From positions 5,088,001 through 5,152,000 of the forward strand of contig OZ245046.1 in NCBI GenBank assembly GCA_965224245.1: DNA of 64,000 nt, in the 5' to 3' direction. The DNA comes from Candidatus Eiseniibacteriota bacterium (GTDB taxonomy: Bacteria > Eisenbacteria > RBG-16-71-46 > CAZAMP01). Below are positions 49,225 through 58,577 of the stretch, piece by piece. Position numbers and translations under genes: made by a program. Numbering within the stretch: position 1 is the first letter of the stretch; each line of letters starts with the position of its first letter. The notes under the pieces are model-generated. The model saw nothing but the letters and a program-made list of their open reading frames with translations, was not told where the DNA came from and did not search any database.

Positions 49225-49254
49225 ATTGTAGCCGCTCTGCGCTCGTTCTGGCAA
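49225..49254 (-). promoter_or_regulatory. Sigma70 promoter for thrS
   Basis: Minus-strand TTGCCA-N18-TACAAT, about 57 nt upstream of the ATG. Confidence 0.6.
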
Positions 49255-49332
49255 ACTGCGAGCACGTCCCGCGGGGCTCTCGCTCGCGGTGACGCTGCTC
49301 ACGCCCTTCCAGACTCCCACAGAGGTCGCGCC

Positions 49333-50064
49333 GTGAATCCCGTGCTCGAGCTGATGTCGGACCACCGATCGGTCCGCGCGTTCACCGACGAGCCCGTCTC
49401 CGACGAGGTCGTCCGCCGCGCGGTGGGCGCCGCCCAGATGGCGGCCACGTCCAGTCACATCCAGGCATACGCGGTCGTCCGCGTGGTCGATCCCGAGGTC
49501 CGATCCGAGCTCGTGACGCTGACCGGGGGGCAGCGGTACGTGGCGTCCTGCGGGGCGTTCCTCGTGATCGCCGGCGACGTCCGTCGCCATCGACTGGTCG
49601 CCGAGCGCGCGGGTGTGGACAACGTCCAGAACCTCGAGACGTTCCTTCTCGCCGTCGTCGACGCGTCGTTGTTCGCGCAGAACCTCGCGCTGGCCCTCGA
49701 GTCCGAGGGGCTGGGCATCTGCTACATCGGGGGACTGCGCAATCGACTTCCCGAGGCCGATCGGCTCCTCGGACTGCCCGACGGCGTGTGGCCCCTCTAC
49801 GGGCTGTGCGTCGGTGTGCCCGAGACGCGTCCCGGGAAGAAGCCCCGTCTTCCGATCGACGCCGTCTACGCGGTCGGGCGCTATCCGGCCGACGAGAGCA
49901 TGCGCCGGCACATCGAGGCGTACGACGCCGAGATGGCCGACTATTACGCCGGAAGAGGGCTCGACGGGCGAACGTGGTCCGGGGGGATCGAGCGGCGATT
50001 CGCCGCCGCAAGTCGCGGGCACCTAGCCGGGTTCTATCGTGCGAAGGGTGCTCGTCTGGAATGA
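49333..50064 (+). CDS. NADPH-dependent nitroreductase / flavin reductase (NfsA/NfrA family)
   Basis: HRSVRAF, AQMAATSS..QAY, VDASL.AQN..LA.ES.GLG.CYIGGLRN, KPRLP. Confidence 0.9.
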   Translation: MNPVLELMSDHRSVRAFTDEPVSDEVVRRAVGAAQMAATSSHIQAYAVVRVVDPEVRSELVTLTGGQRYVASCGAFLVIAGDVRRHRLVAERAGVDNVQNLETFLLAVVDASLFAQNLALALESEGLGICYIGGLRNRLPEADRLLGLPDGVWPLYGLCVGVPETRPGKKPRLPIDAVYAVGRYPADESMRRHIEAYDAEMADYYAGRGLDGRTWSGGIERRFAAASRGHLAGFYRAKGARLE

Positions 50065-50778
50065 GCGTGCTCTGGCTCGTGCCACCGCTCGCTGCGCTCC
50101 TGATCGCGTGCAGCCTTGCGGGCGCACCGGAAGCGACGGCAGCCGCGGAAAGCCGCGTTGCCGTGGACTCCAAGCTCATCGTCTCGCCGCGGATCGTGCC
50201 GCGAGGCGGTGCCGGGCCGTGAAGAGCCGCCGAACCCCCATGCGCGCTGCGCCGCCGCCGGATCGTCTCTCGAGCACGACTACATCACCCACGAGCTGAC
50301 TGTGACCCGGCTCGATGGCTACACCTACGAGGACGCGGGCACTGATCGCCCGCAGCGTGGAGGCGGAGCCGCGCGGGTCGGTGATCACCAGGGCGCCCCG
50401 ACGCGTGCTGATCGACCTCCGCGGCGGTGAGTGCTCCACCGGTCGTCGGCTCCTGCGACGTGCGGCACCGGTTTCGGGCGCGTATGGGGTTCCCACGCAA
50501 CTGGACACCACCGCGTCGTTCGTCTCCGAGATCGGGATCTGATCGCGTACGCCGCCTGGGGATCCCAACGACCTGCCCATCGGCGCGCCCTGTCGTAGGG
50601 TCGGTGGCTGGGGCGGCGTTCTATCTGGCGATGCCGTACCTGAGTTGATCGGTTCTGGTTGTGGGGGATCCGTTATCGTCCCTGAGCCCGGGAGACTCAC
50701 CGGAAAGCCGCCGAAGCCGAAAAAGTCTCCCGCCGCGGTCCCGACTGATATACTATATATCATCTGTAGCCGATGCGT

Positions 50779-50794
50779 ATCTCATCTATGAGAT
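50779..50794. promoter_or_regulatory. Palindromic operator-like site in AT-rich leader
   Basis: ATCTCAT-CT-ATGAGAT, just downstream of TGATATACTATATATCA. Confidence 0.35.
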
Positions 50795-50828
50795 CGAATC
50801 AATCGAAGCTCCGCCCAAGGATCCCAAG

Positions 50829-51359
50829 ATGGAGAATGACCAACAGCCTGTCGTCACCGGCGAGCCTCAGCCCCCAGCGAGATCTTCGACACCGCAGTCG
50901 GTGCATGCCAATGCGGATCCCCCTTCCTCGCCGGCTCCGGAGGGCTCGCCGTCTCGTGTGACCGAAGCGGCGCCGCAGTCGCCGGCGTCGCCAGCTGTGG
51001 ATCCCACGCAGGACGAGATCAGGACTCGTCTCGCCCGACTCCGTCGGGCCGAGCGCACGCACGAGATGCTGATCAATCTAACGGATGTCGGCCGGATCGC
51101 CTTCGGCCTGCTCGTACTCCTCGTATGTCTCTGGGTCCTGATCTCGAACGTGGCAAGCAACGGCGGGGCCGGTCCTCGTCCCACCGATACTCTGATCAAA
51201 GACAGTGTGAATCAGGGAGCCATCGGGGTCGGATCGACCGGAGTCGTCGGCTTTCTGACGAAGGTCCGGAACAGCCGCAACGAGGATCTCAACACCGTTC
51301 GGGCCGAGATCCGGCAATACATGGAAATGCTCAAGGAACAAGCCAATGCCAACAGCTGA
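50829..51359 (+). CDS. Hypothetical membrane protein (Pro-rich N-terminus, 1-2 TM, coiled coils)
   Basis: Open frame with hydrophobic IAFGLLVLLVCLWVLI and GAIGVGSTGVVGFL; overlaps the next gene; atypical codon usage. Confidence 0.55.
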   Translation: MENDQQPVVTGEPQPPARSSTPQSVHANADPPSSPAPEGSPSRVTEAAPQSPASPAVDPTQDEIRTRLARLRRAERTHEMLINLTDVGRIAFGLLVLLVCLWVLISNVASNGGAGPRPTDTLIKDSVNQGAIGVGSTGVVGFLTKVRNSRNEDLNTVRAEIRQYMEMLKEQANANS

Positions 51360-52749
51360 GGCACCCCGAACCCGCCACAGGAGTACCCCGTGCGATTCAC
51401 GACGAGCCGAGTCGTTGATCGAGAAGGCCCGACAGCAGCGCATTGCGGCGATATTCTTTGCGGTTCAAGGGCTGATCAGCGCGGGTTACATCGCGTATAT
51501 CCTGGCCTACATCGACGTCGTACGGCAGTTCACGACCGAGGAGAGCGCTCAAGTGGTGAGCCTCGTCATCCTCGGTGTCAGTTTCCTCTTCGAGGCCATC
51601 TTCGAGATCCCGGCGGGACGTGTCTCGGACCGCAGGGGGCACCTGGCCACCGTGCGGCTTAGTCTAGGTTGGTACACGGTCCACGCGCTGCTCTACGTCG
51701 TGGCCGCCGTAGCCGCCTCGACCGCGCTACCCATAGCCATGGGTTTGCTCCTGATAGGAGCCGGCGAACTCGCACTGCGCGGCGGGATTGCGCTCGAGAG
51801 CGGTGCATTGTCGAGTTGGTTCGTCACGTCGATGCGGTCCGCAGGCTACCGCGGTGAGCTTGCGGGCTACATGGCGAAGCGGAGACTGGTGACGAATCTC
51901 GTCTGGTTGGTTGTGGGCGGCCTGGTCCTCACGGCGTTGGACTCGCTCGGACCGTGGCGGCTCTACTTTCCGTTCATCATCTCGGCGGTCATGTACGCGT
52001 CCGCTCTGGTCGTCGCCCGAGCATTCGCACGTTCGGCAAAGCGGGAGAGCAGCGAGCTCTCCGCCCACGCCGGCTCTTTCCGGTTGGGACTCCGGCAGAT
52101 TGGATCGAACCGTATCCTGCGCGGCGTCATCGTCACACACACCGTGTTCTGGACGCTCGGGCTACTCCTTCTCTACTACTTCAAGGTCCCACTGGAGCCC
52201 CTGCGGGATGAGCCTGTACCGATCAGCTTCTCGACGGCGGCGATCTGCGCCTGGGCTTGCATGTTGGTGATGCGAACGCTGGCTTCGTACACGATGTCTT
52301 CGGTATCGGAGCGGTTGCTCTCGAGGTACAGGCTGGTGATCTACATCGCCGGTCAGCTACTGATGGCGGGGCCGGTTTTCTTGATCGCCTCGACCTTCAA
52401 CGGCCAGCCGATGGACACGCCGCGCGCACTCATCATCTTCTTCTTGCTCCTGGCCGTGACGCGGTTCGGCCAAGAGATCTGTAAGCCGCTCGCGTTGGCT
52501 TGGATACATGAGGTGATCGGGTCTCCCGGTAACGAGGAACTCGAGCACAATCGAGCGACGATCGAGTCGATCGTCGAGGCAACCAGCGTCCTGGGCATGG
52601 TAGTGGTCGCGGGCATGGCGCTGCTTTCGATGCTCGATTGGGTGCCTTTTGGGAAGGACGAGACCGTGATCCCGATCATGGCCGTGGTTGGGCTCGCGAT
52701 CGTCGCCGTGAACATCCCGATGTCATTGATGGCACTGCGCCGGAAGTGA
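51346..52749 (+). CDS. MFS-type transporter
   Basis: About 12 hydrophobic segments; FEIPAGRVSDRRGH motif A; ESGALSSW. Confidence 0.78.
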   Translation: MPTAEAPRTRHRSTPCDSRRAESLIEKARQQRIAAIFFAVQGLISAGYIAYILAYIDVVRQFTTEESAQVVSLVILGVSFLFEAIFEIPAGRVSDRRGHLATVRLSLGWYTVHALLYVVAAVAASTALPIAMGLLLIGAGELALRGGIALESGALSSWFVTSMRSAGYRGELAGYMAKRRLVTNLVWLVVGGLVLTALDSLGPWRLYFPFIISAVMYASALVVARAFARSAKRESSELSAHAGSFRLGLRQIGSNRILRGVIVTHTVFWTLGLLLLYYFKVPLEPLRDEPVPISFSTAAICAWACMLVMRTLASYTMSSVSERLLSRYRLVIYIAGQLLMAGPVFLIASTFNGQPMDTPRALIIFFLLLAVTRFGQEICKPLALAWIHEVIGSPGNEELEHNRATIESIVEATSVLGMVVVAGMALLSMLDWVPFGKDETVIPIMAVVGLAIVAVNIPMSLMALRRK

Positions 52750-52838
52750 TGGGCGCGAGCCACGCGCCCATCAGCTCGAAGGACCTGAGGTCGTTCGCCA
52801 AGCTGGATGCTGCAGCTCGTGCGACGGTGCATCCCTTC

Positions 52839-53231
52839 TCAGAGCCGGTTTCGCTCCTCTTCGAGCTTCGCGAGGCGCCGCTCGCCGAGGCGCAGGGAGA
52901 TCTCGCTGGCCAGATCGTGTGCCAGCTCGCGGTGCTCGCCCTTGATCCGCAGCTTCACCTCTCCCCGCCGGCTGGTCGGGATCGACTCGATCGCGTCGAG
53001 GCGCGTGGCTCGGATCACCAGATGCGTCTTCCAGAACCGCTTCTCGACCGAGACGTCACCGATGGCGTCCAGCGGGAGCTCGACGTGCGTGGCCGCGCTC
53101 TTGACGACGCCGATGAAGGCGTCCCGCGTCTGAAACTCGAGCACGAGGACGTCGTTCTCGAACCGGGCGATGCCCTCGCACTCGGCGAAGCCCTCGTACA
53201 CGTCGTCCAGACTGAACGGAATGACACTCAT
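52839..53231 (-). CDS. Conserved-looking hypothetical protein (PH-like beta fold possible)
   Basis: MSVIPFSLDDVYEGFAECEG...LEFQTRD; host-like codon usage; natural composition. Confidence 0.62.
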   Translation of the reverse strand: MSVIPFSLDDVYEGFAECEGIARFENDVLVLEFQTRDAFIGVVKSAATHVELPLDAIGDVSVEKRFWKTHLVIRATRLDAIESIPTSRRGEVKLRIKGEHRELAHDLASEISLRLGERRLAKLEEERNRL

Positions 53232-53463
53232 CGCGTCGACCCTCGCTTCCAAGGCACGAGACCGTGACACGGTCGAGTATACGTCAGCGGCCCGGGGAGG
53301 TGTGAGGGCGCTGGAGTGAGCCTCGGGTGTGGACGTCCCCGAGACCGCAGCGCCGAACGTGTCCGGCGTGGGCGCAGATGATCGGTGGGCCTGCGGTGCG
53401 GGGCGACACCGTGCCGCCCCGCGAGATCGAGCCCGCCGAGATCGCCTCACCGGTCGTTCCACA

Positions 53464-56400
53464 TCATCGGACGACGACCACGCGCCCCCCAGTGGTGGAT
53501 CGACCGGCACGGAGCCGGTAGTAGTACACGCCAGCCGGGACGACCTCGCCGCGGTGGTCACGGCCATCCCAGCGAAGCGACCTGGGCCCCGGGTCCGAAC
53601 GGGCATCGGTCTCGAGCACGCGAACGAGTGCGCCGCCGACGTCGAACACGTCGCAGCGGACCGGCCCGGACTCGGCCGTCGAGAAGCGGATCGACGTCGA
53701 CACCCGAAACGGGCTCGGCACCGCCCGGGCGCCGAGCCGCCGCGCGGCCGGGGCCGCCACCTCGGGACCGTGGAGGAGCGCATCTCCGCGGATCCACACG
53801 TCGCCGAGCACGCCCCCGGCGTCGCCTCCGAGCACGACGAGCCCGCGACCGGGTACCACGTCCGCGCTGTGGAGCCGTCTGGCGACCGGAGAGACCTCGT
53901 CGTCCAGTAGCTCCCACGACGTCCCGTCGCTCAGCCACGCGTCGGACAGGTACAGGCCATCGGCCACGCCGCCGTGGACGTAGACGACGTCGCAGTCCGC
54001 GTCGTACGCCATGCGGTGGTGTCCCCGGGCGCTCGGCCCCGCGGTCCCGAGGCTCGTCCAGGTCGCGCCGTCGTAGCTCCAGTGTGCATCGCTCTCGTCG
54101 CCGCCCGGGAGGATCCCGCCGAACATGTGGATGTGTCCCCGGGCACTCGCGTACACCATCTGATGCCCGGACCTGGAACCCGGGGGGCTCGACTGGATGA
54201 CGCGCGTCCACGTCACGCCGTCGTACTCGAACGTGGAGTCGGATCGCCCCGAGCCGCTGTCACCGCCGTAGAGCACCGTCACGCCCCGCGCTGCATCGTA
54301 CGCGAGGCCGACGCTGCGAAGCGCCGGGCCGGTGTCGGTGACGTACGTCCAGCTCTCCCCGTCCCACTCCCACGTGTCGTCGAGGTTCCCGCTCGCGCCG
54401 CTGCCGGAGATCATCACGATCACCTCCCGCACGGCGTCGTAGACCATCGACGCGGAGGAGCGCGCCGGCGGGCGAACCGCGGGCATCCGCTCGGACCACG
54501 CCTCGCCGCTCCAGACCCACGTGTCGTCGAGACGGCTGGTGCCGTCGAACCCGCCGAACAGGACGAGCTCGTCGCGAGCCGCATCGTACGCGGTCGCATG
54601 TCCGGAGCGTGGGCTGGGTCCGGCGGCCCGTTCCGTCCACACCGGCATGCCGAGGCATCGCTCTGCGCTGTCGCAGTGCTCGGGCAGGATCGCGAGCCCC
54701 TCGGCGGTGGCCACGTAGAGGTTCTCGCCAAACGTGACGAGATCCGTCGGCACCCAGGCGATCGCGGCCGCTCCGATCCGCTGAACGGCGGCCGGGTCGC
54801 CGACGTCGAGGACCTCGATCCCGCGATCGTGGTTCGTGTTGGCGCCGTAGCTCACGTATGCGACGTCGCCGTCGATCGCGACCCCCACAGCTCCGGCCGG
54901 CGTGCGATACGTGTCGACGAGCACGGGCGCGAGCGGATCGGAGACGTCGATGATCTGAAGTCCGAGGTACCCGTCCGCGATGAACGCCGTCGAGCCGACC
55001 ACCTCGATGTCGTGCGCCTCCGCGTCGACCCACGTCAGTCCCGCAACATGCAGCGGAGCCGATGGATCACCGACGTCGACGACCTCGAGGCCACCGTTTT
55101 CGCGTGCGACGTAGGCCATCGTCCCGACGACGTCGACACGCCACGCCTGACCCGGAACCGCGGCACTCCCGACGATTGCGGGTGCGTTCGGGTCACTCAC
55201 GTCGATGACCTGGAGATCACCGAGATCGTCCGCGACGTACGCGTACGTGCCGACGACGTCGACACCGGCGGCGCTCCCCGGGGTGACCACGGACCCGAGA
55301 GCGACCGGCGTCAACGGGTTGCTCACATCCAGGATCACCAGACCTTCCGCGAGCGCCGCGACGTAGGCCAGCGGTCCGACGATCTCGACATCGCTGGCGG
55401 ATGCCGGCGACGCCGCCTCGAGGAGCACGGTCGGTGCGGTCGGGTCGGAGACGTCCACGATCGCGAGCCCCTCGGCAGGTGTGGCCAGGAACGCGTTGTC
55501 GTCGACGACCGCGACCGCGTACGCTGACGTGTATGCGTCGATGAACCCGACGGGCTCGACCGCCACCGGAGGTGCCACGTCGAGGGTCTCGACGTGCCCC
55601 TCGTCGTGGGGGTAGTTCACGGTGACGTACACGGTGCCGGATGCGACGTCGATGCCCCGTCCCATCTCGCCCAGCACGTCGACCTCGTACGCCACCTCCG
55701 GAGCGCTCGGGTCGGTGACGTCCATGATGCAGATCCCTCCGGCCAGCGCTGCGTACACGATGCCATCGGACACGGCGACGTCCACGACGTCGGATGTCCC
55801 CGGCAGGCTTCCGAGCGCGGTCGGGTTCGTCGGATCGGATACGTCGAAGGTCTCGAAGAAGTACACGCCCGCGACGTACGCGATGTCGCCGTCCAGCACG
55901 ACATCGCGCCCGATACCGGCCAGGGGCACGCTGCCGATCTCGTACGCGAGCGCGGGGTCGGAAGCCTCGATGACGTGAAGGGTCCCGCTCTGGGTGGGCA
56001 CGTAGACGAGCGAGCCGGACACCGCCAGCCCGACCGTGTACGCGTCGACGAACGGAACGGTGGCCACCTCCGTGGGCGCATCCGGATCGCTCACGTCGAA
56101 GACGTGGAGGCCGTCGGAGAAGTCCGCGACGAAGGCGGCGGTGCCGGAGACCTCGACGTCGAACGCATCGCCCGGGGTCGCGCTCACGCCCCGCAACGTC
56201 GGCGCCGCGGGGTCGGAGACGTCCACGATCCGGAACCCCGCCGGGCCGTCGCCCACGTACGCGAGGCCGCCCACGACGTCCACGCCGAACGCCCAGCCCG
56301 GCGTGTCCACCGACCCGACGACCACGGGGGCCGTGGGGTCGGTCACGTCCAGGATCACGAGTCCTGCTTCTGCCGCAGCCACGTACGCGAGGTCGCCGCT

Positions 56401-56610
56401 GACGACGATGTCCTCGACGTCCGTACCGAACAGTGCCTGGCCGACCCGGTGTGCGTACGCACCGTAGTCGATGCACTGGGCGCCGGCGTCCCGCGGCAGG
56501 CTCAACGGGAGAACGCCGACACCGAGAGCCACGATCCAGGTCCGGGCGGCTCCGAGGGAGCATTCGCGAACACGCGCCAGTGGCGCGACGCGACGTGTGT
56601 GCTGGCTCAT
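53464..56610 (-). CDS. Secreted LVIVD-repeat + Kelch-repeat protein with FlgD-Ig CTD
   Basis: More than 12 AYVA...GL.I.DVSDP..P repeats; Kelch-like AYDAAR...LFGG...DTW.WDG..W; CTD WDGRD..G..V.AGVYYYR; AGGAGG RBS. Confidence 0.9.
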   Translation of the reverse strand: MSQHTRRVAPLARVRECSLGAARTWIVALGVGVLPLSLPRDAGAQCIDYGAYAHRVGQALFGTDVEDIVVSGDLAYVAAAEAGLVILDVTDPTAPVVVGSVDTPGWAFGVDVVGGLAYVGDGPAGFRIVDVSDPAAPTLRGVSATPGDAFDVEVSGTAAFVADFSDGLHVFDVSDPDAPTEVATVPFVDAYTVGLAVSGSLVYVPTQSGTLHVIEASDPALAYEIGSVPLAGIGRDVVLDGDIAYVAGVYFFETFDVSDPTNPTALGSLPGTSDVVDVAVSDGIVYAALAGGICIMDVTDPSAPEVAYEVDVLGEMGRGIDVASGTVYVTVNYPHDEGHVETLDVAPPVAVEPVGFIDAYTSAYAVAVVDDNAFLATPAEGLAIVDVSDPTAPTVLLEAASPASASDVEIVGPLAYVAALAEGLVILDVSNPLTPVALGSVVTPGSAAGVDVVGTYAYVADDLGDLQVIDVSDPNAPAIVGSAAVPGQAWRVDVVGTMAYVARENGGLEVVDVGDPSAPLHVAGLTWVDAEAHDIEVVGSTAFIADGYLGLQIIDVSDPLAPVLVDTYRTPAGAVGVAIDGDVAYVSYGANTNHDRGIEVLDVGDPAAVQRIGAAAIAWVPTDLVTFGENLYVATAEGLAILPEHCDSAERCLGMPVWTERAAGPSPRSGHATAYDAARDELVLFGGFDGTSRLDDTWVWSGEAWSERMPAVRPPARSSASMVYDAVREVIVMISGSGASGNLDDTWEWDGESWTYVTDTGPALRSVGLAYDAARGVTVLYGGDSGSGRSDSTFEYDGVTWTRVIQSSPPGSRSGHQMVYASARGHIHMFGGILPGGDESDAHWSYDGATWTSLGTAGPSARGHHRMAYDADCDVVYVHGGVADGLYLSDAWLSDGTSWELLDDEVSPVARRLHSADVVPGRGLVVLGGDAGGVLGDVWIRGDALLHGPEVAAPAARRLGARAVPSPFRVSTSIRFSTAESGPVRCDVFDVGGALVRVLETDARSDPGPRSLRWDGRDHRGEVVPAGVYYYRLRAGRSTTGGRVVVVR

Positions 56611-56745
56611 GAGATCCTCCTGACGCCGTCCGCTGTCGGCGCAAGCGGGCGCGCGACGCGGTCACGGTCTCTGGAGAATCGAGCGCAAACACGCCCCGAA
56701 ACCCGACACGGGGATCAGCGAAACCGGTAACACAATGTCAGTGAG

Positions 56746-58452
56746 TCAAATACGGGCCTGGAAGGTGTAGAGCCGGTGGTATCGCCCGCCGGCGGCGATG
56801 AGCGCCTCGTGGGTGCCCCGCTCGACGATGCTGCCGTCCTCGATCACGAGGATCTGGTCGGCCCGCCGGATGGTGCTGAGGCGGTGGGCGATCACGAACA
56901 CCGTGCGGCCGCGCATCAGCTGCTCGAGGCTCTCCTGGATGTAACGCTCGCTCTCGGTGTCGAGGTTGGACGTGGCCTCGTCGAGGATGAGCACCCGAGG
57001 ATCGGCGAGAACGGCCCGCGCGATCGCCACGCGCTGGCGCTGTCCGCCGGAGAGCTTGACGCCGCGCTCGCCGATCACCGTGTCGAGCCCCTCGTCGAAG
57101 TCGGTGGCGAAGTCGTTCACGTACGCGGCCTCGGCGGCGGCGATCACCTCGTCGCCGGGCGCGCCGGGACGTCCGAAGGAGATGTTCTCGCGGATCGTAC
57201 CCTCGAAGAGGAAGTCGTCCTGGAGCACGACCGCGAGCTGGCGCCGGTAGCTCCCGAGATCGATCGTCGCCAGGTCGACACCGTCCACGGTCACCCTCCC
57301 GCGCGTGGGGACGAGGAACGAGGCAGCGAGGCCGGCCATCGTCGTCTTGCCGGACCCCGAGCTTCCCACGAGCGCGGTGACGGTGCCCGGCGGCGCCTCA
57401 AACGAGATGTCCTGCAGCACCTCGCGCTCGGCCTCGTACGCGAACGAGACGTCGTCGAACACGATGCGCCCGTCCACGGGGCCGATCGACACCGTGCGGC
57501 TCGCGTCGTCGCTCTCGCGGAGCTCGCGCAGCACCTCCTCGGTGCGATCGAGCCCGGCCATGGATTCGGTGAGCTGGGTCCCGATGCCGGCGATCTGGGC
57601 GATCGGGCTGACCAGGAACGCCAGGTACATCGTGAACGCGAAGAAGTCGCCCACCGTCATCTCGCCCGCCATGATGAGCCGTCCGCCCAGTCCCATGATC
57701 AGGATGCTCGCGACCCCCATCAGCAGGGTCGCGGACGCGGTGACGAGGCTCGTGGCGGTCAGGCTCCTGGCCACGTTGCGAAAGAGCCGCATCGCGCCGT
57801 CCACGAAGATCCGCTTCTCGGACTCCTCGGCGTGGAAGCCTTTGATCACGCGCACGCCGCCGAGCGACTCGGTCAGGCGTCCGGTGACGTCGGCGCGGAT
57901 CTTGCCGCGCTCGCGGAAGATCGGCCGGATGGCCTTGAAGGCGTATGCCGACACGCCCGAGAAGATCACGAGCGGCACGATCGCGACCAGCGTCATCTGC
58001 GCGTTCAGTCGAAGCAGGATCACGAACGCGGCGATCGCCGTCAGGAGACCGCCCACGAGCTGCACGAGACCGGTGCCCACGAGGTTCCGGACCCCTTCGA
58101 CGTCGGACATGATGCGGGACACGAGCACGCCCGACTTCGTGTCGTCGAAGTAGCTGACCGGAAGATGGATGACGTGCGCCTGCACCTCGGTCCGGAGCTC
58201 CGCGATCAGCCGGTGTGCCTCGACCGCGAGAAGCCGTGTCAGCGCGAACGAGGTCACGGCCTGGATGGTGATCGCCAATCCGACCACCCAGAGGAGCTTC
58301 CAGAGGAGCACGGTGTCGGAGTGCGCCACCACGTCGTCGATGAAGATCTTGGTCGAGCCGGGGAGCACGAGGCCCATGGCTCGGTTGACCGTGATCAGCA
58401 CCAGGCCGACCAGGAGCCGTCCGCGTCGGGGCCAGATGAACCGGCGAAACAC
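56746..58452 (-). CDS. ABC transporter permease/ATP-binding fusion (MsbA/ABCB-like exporter)
   Basis: TM domain; Walker A GSSGSGKT; LSGGQRQR; ILDEATS; IAHRLSTI. True start may lie upstream. Confidence 0.93.
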   Translation of the reverse strand: MFRRFIWPRRGRLLVGLVLITVNRAMGLVLPGSTKIFIDDVVAHSDTVLLWKLLWVVGLAITIQAVTSFALTRLLAVEAHRLIAELRTEVQAHVIHLPVSYFDDTKSGVLVSRIMSDVEGVRNLVGTGLVQLVGGLLTAIAAFVILLRLNAQMTLVAIVPLVIFSGVSAYAFKAIRPIFRERGKIRADVTGRLTESLGGVRVIKGFHAEESEKRIFVDGAMRLFRNVARSLTATSLVTASATLLMGVASILIMGLGGRLIMAGEMTVGDFFAFTMYLAFLVSPIAQIAGIGTQLTESMAGLDRTEEVLRELRESDDASRTVSIGPVDGRIVFDDVSFAYEAEREVLQDISFEAPPGTVTALVGSSGSGKTTMAGLAASFLVPTRGRVTVDGVDLATIDLGSYRRQLAVVLQDDFLFEGTIRENISFGRPGAPGDEVIAAAEAAYVNDFATDFDEGLDTVIGERGVKLSGGQRQRVAIARAVLADPRVLILDEATSNLDTESERYIQESLEQLMRGRTVFVIAHRLSTIRRADQILVIEDGSIVERGTHEALIAAGGRYHRLYTFQARI

Positions 58453-58577
58453 GTGGCGGACGTTCGAGAGCGAGGCGCGCGGGTCCGAGGGGGGCTCACG
58501 GTCGCCGGATGGCGCGGGAGCATCGGAGGGCGGCGGACCGGTCCGGGCGGTCGCGGCGGCCGGCGCGCGTGACGAAC

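Noticed and set aside
49168-50022. N-terminal extension of ThrS, and 5' extension of the nitroreductase ORF from 47458
   Set aside because: Each extension is the antisense of the other gene. The true starts have an RBS or promoter at 49167 and 49333.
50061-50540. 53-aa signal-peptide-like ORF coupled to the nitroreductase (ATGA), or a possible pseudogene
   Set aside because: No recognisable domain; the downstream frames look like noise.
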